DNA from: Ignavibacteriales bacterium
GTDB taxonomy: Bacteria > Bacteroidota > Ignavibacteria > UBA10030 > UBA6906
Direction of reading: 5' to 3'
Assembly: GCA_037441705.1 (NCBI GenBank)
Contig: JBBIRR010000042.1
Location: 1 to 31,899 of the forward strand
Length of the DNA stretch: 31,899 nt
Position 1 is the stretch's first letter, and each line of letters opens with the position of its first letter. Made by a program: the position numbers and the translations under genes. Shown here piece by piece: positions 9,713 through 19,800 of the stretch. The notes beneath the pieces were generated by a model. That model searched no databases and was not told where the DNA came from. It saw only the letters and a list, made by a program, of their open reading frames with translations.

Positions 9713-10518
9713 AGCGTGCCCTGGTCTATCTCATGCTCATCGTCGGAGCAGTCGTCTTCGGCTATCCGTTTCTGTGGATGATGGCCGGATCGCTCAAACC
9801 CGAACTGGACATTCCAAGCCTGAGCATCATTCCGGCGCAGCTGACGCTTCATAGCTATGAAGCCGTGTTCACGAAGATCCCGATCGTGCGCGCATTCTTC
9901 AACAGCCTGCTCGTCTCAAGCACCGTCACAGCGTCGGTGGTCGTTTTTGGCTCGATTGTCGGCTACGCACTCGCCAAGTTACAGTTTGCGGGACGCCGCA
10001 TGCTGTACATGCTCATTCTTTTCACGATGATGATTCCGTTTCAGATTGTTTTGATTCCCCAGTATGTGTTGATCGTGAAACTCGGCTGGACGGACTCCTA
10101 TCTGGGCTTGATTGCGCCGACGATGATGAGCGCCTTCAGCATCACGCTCTTCCGGCAATTCTTTCAAAGCGTCCCCTCGGCCCTGATTGACGCGGCCAGA
10201 ATAGACGGATGTTCGGAGCTTCGTATTCTGTTCTCGATCGTGTGGCCGCTGTCGCGCCCCGTCATCATCACGGTCGCCATTCTTACGTTCATGACAAGCT
10301 GGAACGAAGTTCTCTGGCCGTTGATGGTTGTCCGAGAGCGTTCGTTGATGACGATGCCCCAGTTGGTCGCTCTGTTCACCGTCGGAGGAGAGGCGGAGTC
10401 ACAACTGGGGGCCGTGCTTGCCGCAGCCACGCTGCTCTCGTTTCCGGTTATTCTGGCGTACGCGTTTTTCCAGCGCTATTTCATCGAAAGCATGGCAAGC
10501 ACAGGACTGAAAGGATAG
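9709..10518 (+). CDS. Sugar ABC transporter permease (MalG/UgpE-like)
   Basis: EAA loop VPSALIDAARIDGC; WNEVLWPL; FFQRYFIESM...GLKG. ATGA overlap with the previous gene. Confidence 0.93.
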   Translation: MKRALVYLMLIVGAVVFGYPFLWMMAGSLKPELDIPSLSIIPAQLTLHSYEAVFTKIPIVRAFFNSLLVSSTVTASVVVFGSIVGYALAKLQFAGRRMLYMLILFTMMIPFQIVLIPQYVLIVKLGWTDSYLGLIAPTMMSAFSITLFRQFFQSVPSALIDAARIDGCSELRILFSIVWPLSRPVIITVAILTFMTSWNEVLWPLMVVRERSLMTMPQLVALFTVGGEAESQLGAVLAAATLLSFPVILAYAFFQRYFIESMASTGLKG

Positions 10519-10519
10519 C

Positions 10520-12100
10520 ATGATAGTGATGGGAACCGATATGCGTGCGAGCGGCGTGAAGAGATCGGTCCGCAGAATAGTTATTCCCATGTTCTTTCTA
10601 CCGGCAATTCTCTGTCATGGGACCGCCAATGCCGGTGCCGATGACACGGTCGCAACCGTAGGCAGATTCATCATCACGAAACAAGACCTCTTGGATAGCT
10701 ACGAATTCGGACCGGCTTTTGTGAAACGCCTGCCTCAGCCGCTGCGGAGACATTTGAACTACATGGTGAACGAGCGGCTTCTGGCCCTGGAAGCCGAACG
10801 TCTTCGATTGGATACAACCGTCTTCGTGCGCGATCGTGTTGCAGCGTTGGAAGAGGACCTCGCCGTGGGTGAGCTGTACCGCGAGGAAATTCTCTCCCGC
10901 TTGCATGTTTCCGACACGGAACTCGACACGGCGCTCCAGAAAGCTCGAATGAGGGTACGATTACGCTGGCTCTTTGCCACGGATCGGTCACGTGCGGCAG
11001 CGCTCGCCGAACTTGCACGACGCGGCCGATTCGATTCTCTGTTCCTGGCACAACCGGATTCTCTCGGCGATCGCTCGCTCGAGACGACGGTGCTCGGGCT
11101 TGAGCTGTCGGTGCCGGACTTTGCATCCGCGATTCGCACGCTGCGTGTCAAAGAAATCTCGCCCCCGATTGAAGGGCCGGACGGCTTCTACATCGTGCGC
11201 ATCGAGCAGGTATGGCAAAACCCGCTGCTGACGGAAAGCGACGCTGCGCGTCTGCGTGCCGAGACGCTGTCGGCCCTTAAAGCAACCAGAGCGGAGGCAC
11301 TCGCCTCGGCGTTTGCAGAAGAAAAAATGCGCACTGCCGCGCCTGTCATCAAAGCAGAGGGCTACAATATCGTGCGGGCGTATCTTGCGGACAAAGGCCT
11401 CTCGCACGACCGGCGGCTTTCATGGAACATTCCCTCCACATTCATGACCGAAGCCGGCCCTATGCCCATTACCTCCTCCGATCAATTCCTCCATCGCCCT
11501 CTTGTTCAGTTCGGGTCACACGTGTTCACGGTCCGTGATTATCTCGGTTGGTTCGATATTCGTCAACCGCAGCTCAAACGATATTCGCTTTCGGCCTTCA
11601 ACACCAGCATCAGGCAAACAATTTGGAAAATGGTGCGGGACAAGCTGCTGAGTGAAGAGGCATACGCACGCGGGCTGCATCAACGGCACTCTCTCCGTCA
11701 TCAGGCAACGACGTGGGAGGCAAAAATCCTCTACCTCGCAGCCCGACGGCATCTGATGCGCTCCATTGTCGTGACCGACTCCATGCTGCAGGAACAATAT
11801 CGCAAGCGTTATACGCGCAAAGGCAACACCAACAAGTCGATCTCCTCCTTTGAACAAGTTCGTGATCAACTGTGGGCCGAGGAATACCTCCGTCAGGAGC
11901 AGGCACGGTTGTTGGACCTCTTGCAAGAACTTCGCAGGCGTCACCCGCCCCGGCTGAACGAGTCCCTTCTGCGTGAATTGAGTGCAACGATGCGAGCCGA
12001 TCCGGGAGCCATCGAGCTGAAAGTGTATAAACCTGGCGGAACGTTTTCGCGTGTTGCGTTCCCGACAATTGATGAACGGTGGCAGCTACTTTCACATTGA
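10520..12100 (+). CDS. SurA/PrsA-like periplasmic chaperone with degenerate parvulin (PpiC) domain
   Basis: Probable signal peptide (start possibly 10541); D.VATVG...IT..DL and LN.MVNERLLALEA..L SurA-N-like motifs; L.VKEISPPIEGPDGFYIVRI rotamase C-terminal motif; a second SurA-N-like module follows. Confidence 0.65.
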   Translation: MIVMGTDMRASGVKRSVRRIVIPMFFLPAILCHGTANAGADDTVATVGRFIITKQDLLDSYEFGPAFVKRLPQPLRRHLNYMVNERLLALEAERLRLDTTVFVRDRVAALEEDLAVGELYREEILSRLHVSDTELDTALQKARMRVRLRWLFATDRSRAAALAELARRGRFDSLFLAQPDSLGDRSLETTVLGLELSVPDFASAIRTLRVKEISPPIEGPDGFYIVRIEQVWQNPLLTESDAARLRAETLSALKATRAEALASAFAEEKMRTAAPVIKAEGYNIVRAYLADKGLSHDRRLSWNIPSTFMTEAGPMPITSSDQFLHRPLVQFGSHVFTVRDYLGWFDIRQPQLKRYSLSAFNTSIRQTIWKMVRDKLLSEEAYARGLHQRHSLRHQATTWEAKILYLAARRHLMRSIVVTDSMLQEQYRKRYTRKGNTNKSISSFEQVRDQLWAEEYLRQEQARLLDLLQELRRRHPPRLNESLLRELSATMRADPGAIELKVYKPGGTFSRVAFPTIDERWQLLSH

Positions 12101-12126
12101 ATTGCTGGAGTCTTCTTGAATAACAT

Positions 12127-14430
12127 ATGGAGAATTTGAAATACACGTATTCTGTTGATGATCTTTCAACCGGCAGCAGTCTCGGAAACCGACTCGTCTT
12201 TGCACGCCTTGACGAGCAATCCCACGTTCACGGACTGTGGAGTGCCTCCGACAACAGGTATTATCTGGGCAAATGGAATGTGGAGATTTTTGTCAACGGA
12301 CAGTCCCTGGTGCCGGTGGAAACATCATTCGAGCCGGAAGCGCAAGCAACACTGCTGATTCATCCCGAAGGGGAGGCCGAGCGAAAGTTTTTTCTCCCGT
12401 TCATTCTCGAACCAACTTCGCAGGATGATGATCAGCTGCGCGCGGGGATTTACCTCGTGCGACTGTGCAATACCGCAAGCAGGGCATGCGAGTTCCGCAT
12501 CAGGCATAAGCTAACGCTTGCGGCCGTCATCAGCGAAAAGTTTACAAAGAATCCCTCCCTCGAGGAGACGCTCGAAACATTTTCCTGCACGCAGAACGCA
12601 AGTCGCATCGACATCTCTGCAGCCGGCCGGCCTCACGAACTTCGCATGCTGGGGTCCACGATTCTTCCGGCGTCGGTTCAAAGCGGTGAGCAAACACTCA
12701 CGGTTGAGTACTGCGTCACGCTGCAACCGGGAGAGGTAATGGCGCTGCCGTTCGTGTTTGCCTTTTCTCCCGACAACCCTGATGCAGCCCTACGGACACT
12801 GCAGCAGTGCACGCAAGCTTCCGCCGTTTTGCAACAGACACGCCAGGAGTACGCCGCACTGCTTGCGCGCACGCATGTTTTCACGCCGGATGCCCTGATC
12901 AATCGCGGACTGCAGTGGGCGAAAATCAACACGGCACGTGTTCAACACCGCTATCGTATCGGGGTGGCATTCACCAACGATCCGCCGCAGGATATCGTGG
13001 TTGTACGCGATGTCGCCTGGTACGTTCTGGGAGCCGACTACATTGCGCCGACGTTTACCCACGAGATGCTGGAGATGCTGAATCGCTTCGCCGTTCATCC
13101 CGACGGCAAACTGACGGAGTATATCCACGCCGACGAAGTGCCGCCCACGCTTCACGACTATCACCTCAACATCAACGATGACACTCCACTGTACATCTAC
13201 GCGTTGTACCATCATGCTGTGACCTGTGAAGACACTGATTTCCTTCGCCGCGCGTACCCGATCATGCAACGCGCTGGTGAGTACATTTTGAGCCAGATGC
13301 GCAACGGGCTGGTCCATTGCACCGCTGAAGGAACGGGCGTGTGGGGAATTTGCAGCTGGCGCAACATCATTCAGAATTATACCCTCAACGGTGCCGTTAC
13401 CGAAATCAATGCCGAGTGTGTCGGGGCACTGCGCCTTCTTTCAGTCGCCGCATCTGCGGTGGGCAAGACAGAGGACTCGATCCGGTTTGCGCACGCCGCA
13501 GAGACCCTACAGCAGACTATGAATACGAAACTTCTGTCGGAGAAGACGGGCACATACGTATTGAATGAAGACATGTATGGAATTCGGCATCACGACCTGA
13601 CCGGCGATCTCATCTTTCCCGTTCTGTTCGACGTGGCCGAACCTGCGATGCGCACGCGGATCCTGGAGTTACTGCTCAGCGAAAAATTCTGGACGCCCTA
13701 CGGAGCACGCACCGTCCATCCGGATGAACCAACCTACGACCCCGAACGCGACTACCAACTGCTGGGGGGCGTCTGGCCAAACCTCACCGCATGGATTGCC
13801 TACTGCGTGCGCAGAGACAATCCCGACACGCTTGTCCAGGCCATGGCGAACTGCTACCGCCTCTGCGAAAGTGCGACACCAAAGAGCTTCGGTAACATCG
13901 TGCCGGGTCATTTCCCCGAGCGCTTGCACGGCGAAACGTTTGCGAGTCGTGGCATGACGATCAGTCCCTGGATGCCGCCGACGTACCTCTGGCTCGGCAT
14001 CGAGGGTCTTCTCGGCGTGCAGCCATCGCTTGAGGGCCTTGCAATCAATCCCGCAATACCCTCTTCATGGAAGTGGATTGCGGTGAACGAACTGCTGTAC
14101 CGCGGCCAACGCATCTCGGCATTTTTCTACGATGGCGTCCTGTATGCCACACATCCGGTACGCAGCAACTATCCCGTCCGTGTAGGCTCACCGGCTGTGT
14201 GTACGTCGAGCAGCAGTCATCTGTTTTCTTCCGCGATCGTATGCGATGACACGTTGTTCATGCTCGTAGCCGCGGACGAGGATGTTCGGGGGTGTGTCAC
14301 TGCTGAGACTTCGCACGGATACGCCATCAGGGAAGTTACGCTCAAAGCGGGCGAGGCAGAGTTCCTGAAAATCCCTGTTGCCTCCCTGAGCGTTTCCGAT
14401 ACAAATACGAAGGCAGCATCCCGGCAATGA
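12127..14430 (+). CDS. Cytoplasmic six-hairpin (alpha/alpha)6 glycoside hydrolase-like protein (GDE_C/GH63-like; family uncertain)
   Basis: No signal peptide; RDVAWY, NDDTPLYI.A..H, EINA, FWTPYGART...YDP...GGVWP, FPE motifs typical of six-hairpin glycosidases. Confidence 0.7.
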   Translation: MENLKYTYSVDDLSTGSSLGNRLVFARLDEQSHVHGLWSASDNRYYLGKWNVEIFVNGQSLVPVETSFEPEAQATLLIHPEGEAERKFFLPFILEPTSQDDDQLRAGIYLVRLCNTASRACEFRIRHKLTLAAVISEKFTKNPSLEETLETFSCTQNASRIDISAAGRPHELRMLGSTILPASVQSGEQTLTVEYCVTLQPGEVMALPFVFAFSPDNPDAALRTLQQCTQASAVLQQTRQEYAALLARTHVFTPDALINRGLQWAKINTARVQHRYRIGVAFTNDPPQDIVVVRDVAWYVLGADYIAPTFTHEMLEMLNRFAVHPDGKLTEYIHADEVPPTLHDYHLNINDDTPLYIYALYHHAVTCEDTDFLRRAYPIMQRAGEYILSQMRNGLVHCTAEGTGVWGICSWRNIIQNYTLNGAVTEINAECVGALRLLSVAASAVGKTEDSIRFAHAAETLQQTMNTKLLSEKTGTYVLNEDMYGIRHHDLTGDLIFPVLFDVAEPAMRTRILELLLSEKFWTPYGARTVHPDEPTYDPERDYQLLGGVWPNLTAWIAYCVRRDNPDTLVQAMANCYRLCESATPKSFGNIVPGHFPERLHGETFASRGMTISPWMPPTYLWLGIEGLLGVQPSLEGLAINPAIPSSWKWIAVNELLYRGQRISAFFYDGVLYATHPVRSNYPVRVGSPAVCTSSSSHLFSSAIVCDDTLFMLVAADEDVRGCVTAETSHGYAIREVTLKAGEAEFLKIPVASLSVSDTNTKAASRQ

Positions 14431-15446
14431 AAGCTGCACTCTTCACCGGTGATCGTCATCTCTCGATTGTCGAACGAGATCTGCGACGACTGTGCGACGG
14501 CGAGGCGCTTGTGCAGGTACATGCCTGTGGCATCTGCGGAACCGATCTTCACATCATCGAAGGCACGGCGCGTTCGTCACCGCCCGTCGTCCTCGGGCAT
14601 GAGTATGCGGGCCGCGTGCTTGACATCGCCGGCGAGTCACCTGTACTAACCATCGGCGCGCGAGTTGCGGTGGATCCAAATATCTCGTGCGGAAGCTGCG
14701 CGTATTGCAGGCGCGGCCTGGTGCATTTGTGCTCGAATCTCATTGCTCTGGGTGTCGATCGGGACGGCGGCATGGCCGAGTTCAGCATTGTACCGCTTCA
14801 GCAATTATACGCGCTGCCCGAAACCCTGACGCCCGAAACCGCATGCCTTGTCGAGCCGGTTTCGTGTGCACTGCACGGCATTGATCGGGCAGGAATTCGT
14901 CTGGGGGACACGGTGGTGATTCTCGGCGGAGGCACGATCGGTCTGCTCATGCTTCAGCTTGCGCGGCATGCAGGCGCAACGCGGATCATCGTGGTCGAAC
15001 CGGTAGAGCGCAAGCGAGCCGCCGCAATTGACCTCGGCGCAGATCACACGCTCGATCCGGTCACGACCGATATCCGTTCGGCCGTCTTCGACCTCACCTC
15101 CATCGGGGCCGACGTCGTGATCGAGTGCGCCGGCACGACTGCAACCGCCGAGCTTGCGCTGCGGCTTGCACGACGCGGCGGCACGGTTGTTTTCTTCGGC
15201 GTGTGCCCGCGCGCCGAAACATTCCCCCTGCCGCCGTACGACGTGTACGCTCGAGAATTGACCATCGTCGGATCGTACATCAATCCGCATACCTTCAGCC
15301 GCGCGCTCGACGTACTTGCTTCCGGCAGTATCACGATCGAGGCGCTTTCCCCGTCGTTCTTCTCACTCGAAGAACTTCCGGATGCCCTGCAGGCTCTGCG
15401 AGACGGAACAACAATCAAGAACATTATCCACTTCCGGAAGGATTGA
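14427..15446 (+). CDS. Zinc-dependent alcohol/polyol dehydrogenase (MDR family)
   Basis: CGICGTDLH and GHEYAG catalytic Zn motifs; CGSCAYC...HLC structural Zn; GGGTIG Rossmann motif. ATGA overlap with the upstream gene. Confidence 0.93.
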   Translation: MKAALFTGDRHLSIVERDLRRLCDGEALVQVHACGICGTDLHIIEGTARSSPPVVLGHEYAGRVLDIAGESPVLTIGARVAVDPNISCGSCAYCRRGLVHLCSNLIALGVDRDGGMAEFSIVPLQQLYALPETLTPETACLVEPVSCALHGIDRAGIRLGDTVVILGGGTIGLLMLQLARHAGATRIIVVEPVERKRAAAIDLGADHTLDPVTTDIRSAVFDLTSIGADVVIECAGTTATAELALRLARRGGTVVFFGVCPRAETFPLPPYDVYARELTIVGSYINPHTFSRALDVLASGSITIEALSPSFFSLEELPDALQALRDGTTIKNIIHFRKD

Positions 15447-15449
15447 AGG

Positions 15450-16847
15450 ATGCGCCTGCTGCCCACTGCCGCTCTCGGATGGTTCGTCACCGTTTCGGCG
15501 CCCGGTCAATCCACGCTGGTGAATTTCGATCACCTGAAACATCTTACCGAGCGGATTGTGTTTGAGGGAGATTCGGTGGAGATCGTGCATGTGTACGCAA
15601 ACTATCCCACCTATGAGTGGGTTGATGCGAAAGAATCCGGCATCGAAGGCATCGCGTGCGTGGACGATGCTGCCCGCGCCGCCGTTGCCTATCTCCGCCA
15701 CTACGAGCTTACGAAGGATAGCACAAGTCTGCGCCGCGCGGTTCCCCTTCTCCGCTTCGTGATGAAGATGCAAGCGGAAGATGGACAATTCTACAACTTT
15801 ATCTTCTCGGATCATTCGATCAACAAACACGGGCAAACGAGCATAAAATCTTTCGGATGGTGGGCCGCACGGGCCGTATGGGCCATGGCGTTAGGCCACC
15901 GTGTGCTGATGCATGTCGATGCCCCGTTGGCCGACTCGCTGCGTGCCCGCGTCGAACGGACGTTCCCCCACATCCAACACGTGCTGGCGCACTACGATTC
16001 GGTGCAGGTGTCGGGGGGCTACCGCGTTGCGCGATGGCTCTTGTATGAATCGGCGGCGGATGCGACGTCGGAGCTTCTCCTGGGCCTCGTCGAACACTAC
16101 GCTGCAACGCGCGACAGCCTCACGCACATCTTCATCCAACAGTTCGCTGCAGGCCTGATGATGATGCAGGATGGTAACTATCGTTCGTTTCCGTTCGGCC
16201 TCCACCGCTCGTGGGAGACGGTCTGGCACATGTGGGGCAATGGCCAGACGCAAGCGTTGGCCGCTGCAGGCGCGCTGCTTGCCGACAGGCGTATGATCGC
16301 GTCCGCTGAGCTTGAGGCACAGGCATTTTACAGCCGCTTGCTGATCCAGGGTTTCATCAGAGAAATGGATGTCCTCCAGCCACAATCGCGCAAGCAGTTC
16401 GATCAGATTGCTTACGCCGTTCGACCCATGGCCGTCGGCTTGATTCGTCTCTTTGAAGCGACGCGCAAACCGATGTATCTGACGATGGCGGGACTTGCCG
16501 CATCGTGGTTCTTTGGCAACAATCCCGCACAACAACAAATGTACGATCCGCGTTCCGGCAGATGCTTCGATGGCATCAACGACTCGGCAACGGTGAACAG
16601 GAATTCAGGTGCAGAATCCACGATCGAAGCTCTGCTCACCCTCATCGAGGTGGAGCGTTACCCGCAGGCACTGCGGTACCTGCACTATCGAAAAACGGAT
16701 GAGCGCACAACCGCTCGCTATCTCTTGGGAGTGTTCCAGAATCCATCGGGCGATGAAGTAACCCTTGCTGTTGATCTCAAGGAGTCACGCCTCCTGCTCT
16801 TCGAAGGAGAAAAAAGCAAGGCGTTCCGCCGGCGTGTGAAGGGCTAA
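15450..16847 (+). CDS. Exported uncharacterised six-hairpin glycosidase-like protein
   Basis: Signal peptide; ACVDDAARA, FYNF, FDQ, WFFGNN....MYDP.SG.CFDGI and VNRNSGAESTIEAL motifs resemble the helical-barrel domain usually fused to GT4 enzymes near GH130 genes. Confidence 0.65.
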   Translation: MRLLPTAALGWFVTVSAPGQSTLVNFDHLKHLTERIVFEGDSVEIVHVYANYPTYEWVDAKESGIEGIACVDDAARAAVAYLRHYELTKDSTSLRRAVPLLRFVMKMQAEDGQFYNFIFSDHSINKHGQTSIKSFGWWAARAVWAMALGHRVLMHVDAPLADSLRARVERTFPHIQHVLAHYDSVQVSGGYRVARWLLYESAADATSELLLGLVEHYAATRDSLTHIFIQQFAAGLMMMQDGNYRSFPFGLHRSWETVWHMWGNGQTQALAAAGALLADRRMIASAELEAQAFYSRLLIQGFIREMDVLQPQSRKQFDQIAYAVRPMAVGLIRLFEATRKPMYLTMAGLAASWFFGNNPAQQQMYDPRSGRCFDGINDSATVNRNSGAESTIEALLTLIEVERYPQALRYLHYRKTDERTTARYLLGVFQNPSGDEVTLAVDLKESRLLLFEGEKSKAFRRRVKG

Positions 16848-19800
16848 TGCTTCGACAACGACGACATCTTGTTCTGACCATCATCCTGATCACGACACGG
16901 GCGTTAACGCAGCAGGTTACCGTCCCGCGCATCGAACAAATGCCCAATATGCCCTCACCCTATTTCATGAGGGACTGGAAAGCGGTGGCGCGCGGGTACG
17001 ATTCTCTTGTGTTCGACTTTTCGCGTGCGGGAACACATCTCCCGTTGGGTGAAATCGTCACGAGCACGATCAATTATCCGAATCATCCCAGCTTCGGTCT
17101 GCATTCGTACGTCGGCACGAACTTTCCCACCACGCGAGAGGCAATCAATTGTTTGCCGGCAGTCATTGGTGCAACCCTTGCCGGCATCAACAAGAGTAAT
17201 CAGCACGGGCGCAACTGGGCGCTCATGGCCGAGGAGTGGTTCAACCGCCGTCCGGCGCAGAACGTGTACAAAAACGGCTGGGTTGATGATTCGGGCGAGG
17301 ATTTCTGGTATCTGACCATGCCCAACGTATTCTTCTATCAGCTCAATGCCCTCTATCCGCACACCGGAGACTTCGACTATCAGTTCACGATGGTTGCAGA
17401 CCGCTGGCTTCAAGCGGTAGGCGTCATGGGGGGACGCACAACGCCGTGGCAGGTTCCCAACATTAATCATCGCGGATGGTTTCTCCAAACCATGACACCC
17501 TACGATCAGGGTGTGCGTCAGCCCGAGGCTGCCGGAGCCTTAGCGTGGCTCTTCTATCATGCCTATACGCAAACCGACAGCGAGAAATATCGCATCGGCG
17601 CAGAATGGGCAATGGAATTTCTGGACAATTATGGCAGCAATCCTTCGTACGAACTGCAGCTGCCGTACGGCACGTACCTCGCCGCGCGGATGAACGCCGA
17701 GCTTGGTACCTCTTACAACGTCGAACGCATGCTCAACTGGTGCTTCGATGTCGGGCCTCTGCGATCATGGGGAGCCATCGTGGGCAGATGGGGTGCGTAT
17801 GATGTGAGCGGATTGATCGGGGAGGTGAACGGTACCAACGACTATGCTTTCGCCATGAACACATTCGAGCATATCGGTGCGTTGGTGCCGCTGGTGCGCT
17901 ACGACGATCGTTTTGCGCGCGCCATCGGCAAGTGGGTGTTGAATGCCGCCAATGCTGCTCGATTGTTCTATCCGGCGTTCTTACCCGATAGCTTACAGGA
18001 CAACGCCGCCTGGGCGCGTCAGCATGACTCGCTCTCGGTTATTGCTTATGAGGGGCTGCGACAGGTTCGTAATGGACGAAGTCCCTACGGCACCGGCGAT
18101 GCGATGGCAGCCGGCTGGGCACAAACCAATTTGGGTCTCTACGGTTCATCCCACGTGGGCATCCTTGCCGGCATCATTGACACGACGAACGTCCCGATGA
18201 TCCTGCGGCTCAATGTCCTCGCTACCGATTATTATCATGCGCCGGCATATCCCACCTACCTCTACTTCAACCCATATCCTCAGACACAGGCGGTTCGTAT
18301 TTCCCTCGGCGCGGGGATGCATGATCTGTACGACGCCGTGCAGAACACGTTCGTTCTCAGAAACGTTACCGGCGATGTCTTTCTGCCCATTGCATCGAAC
18401 AGTGCGTCTCTCGTCGTCATCACGCCGGCGGGCGGCACGGTAAGCTATCATCTCGATCAGCTTCTTGTGCACGGCATTATCGCCGACTATCGCTCGGGCG
18501 TGCCCGTCGCCAACTACCCTCCGCGCATCAAAGCGCTTGCGGCAGAACGTCCAACCGTTGTGCGCGATTCCGCGACTCAGGTGTTCTGTACCGCCGTTGA
18601 CCGTGATAATGATCCGCTGCTCTATCTCTGGCAGGCGAGCGCCGGAACGCTGTTCGGAAGCGGGTCGAACGTCGTTTGGGTTGCACCCGACACGGTCGGG
18701 AGCGCGACACTTCGCTGCATCGTCACCGACGGTCGCGGAGGCAGCGACACGGCTTCGATTCTCATCAACGTCGTTGCGTTCATCAATCGCCCTCCGACGA
18801 TCGTCGAAATCACGGCCCATCCCCGAAAGATCCACCTCAGCGGCTCAGCCGACGTTGTCTGTACGGCCGCCGATCCCGATGGCGATTCGCTTAGCTATCG
18901 GTGGTCGGCGCCGGCGGGAACCTTCAGCGGCAGCGGGCCGCGCGTCGTGTGGACGGCGCCTTCTGTGCCGATGGATGTGACGCTCCAGTGTCTTGTCTCG
19001 GACGGGCGCGGCGGTCAGGCTGAGGACAGCGTGCGCGTACGCGTGCGCGATCTTTCGGTGTTACAGTCGGGCAATCTCGTTGCCTTCTACCCTTTCAACG
19101 GATCAGCGCAGGATGCAAGCGGATTCGGCAATCACGGAACGGTGCACGGCGCCACACTAACAAGCGACCGACGCGGCCACCCGAATAGCGCCTACGCCTT
19201 CGATGGACTTGCATCGTTCATTGAAGTACCCGTCAGTCCGTCGTTGGGCTTTCAGCAAGCCGCAACCATCAGCTTCTGGATGAACATCGAGCGCTTTTAC
19301 GATCGCGAGCAATATCCGCTTTCACACGGCAACTGGCAGAACAGATGGAAGATTTCCCTCTCCAACCGACGGGCGCGATGGACGATCAAGACAACAGCCG
19401 GCATCAAAGATCTCGACTCTGAGGTCGAGCTGACCACCGGTATCTGGTACAACATCACGACTCTTTATGATGGAAGCGATATTGAAGTCTATCTCAACGG
19501 CGAACTGAATGCTTTCAGCACATGGTCGGGACAGATTCTTCAGACCCCCATCGCCCTGACGATCGGGCAGGTGCTGCCCGGCAATCAATCTTATAATTTC
19601 GCGGGCGTTCTCGATGATATCCGCATCTACAACTATGCCCTGCCCTACGACACGATTCGAGCACTTGGCAGCGATATTACGAGCGCGTCGCAAAACGAAC
19701 ACACTCCGACATCGTTGCGACTCGAGCCGAACTATCCTAATCCGTTCAACGCTTCCACGACGATCCGTTTCACGGTCCCCGAACCGACGCACGTACGGTT

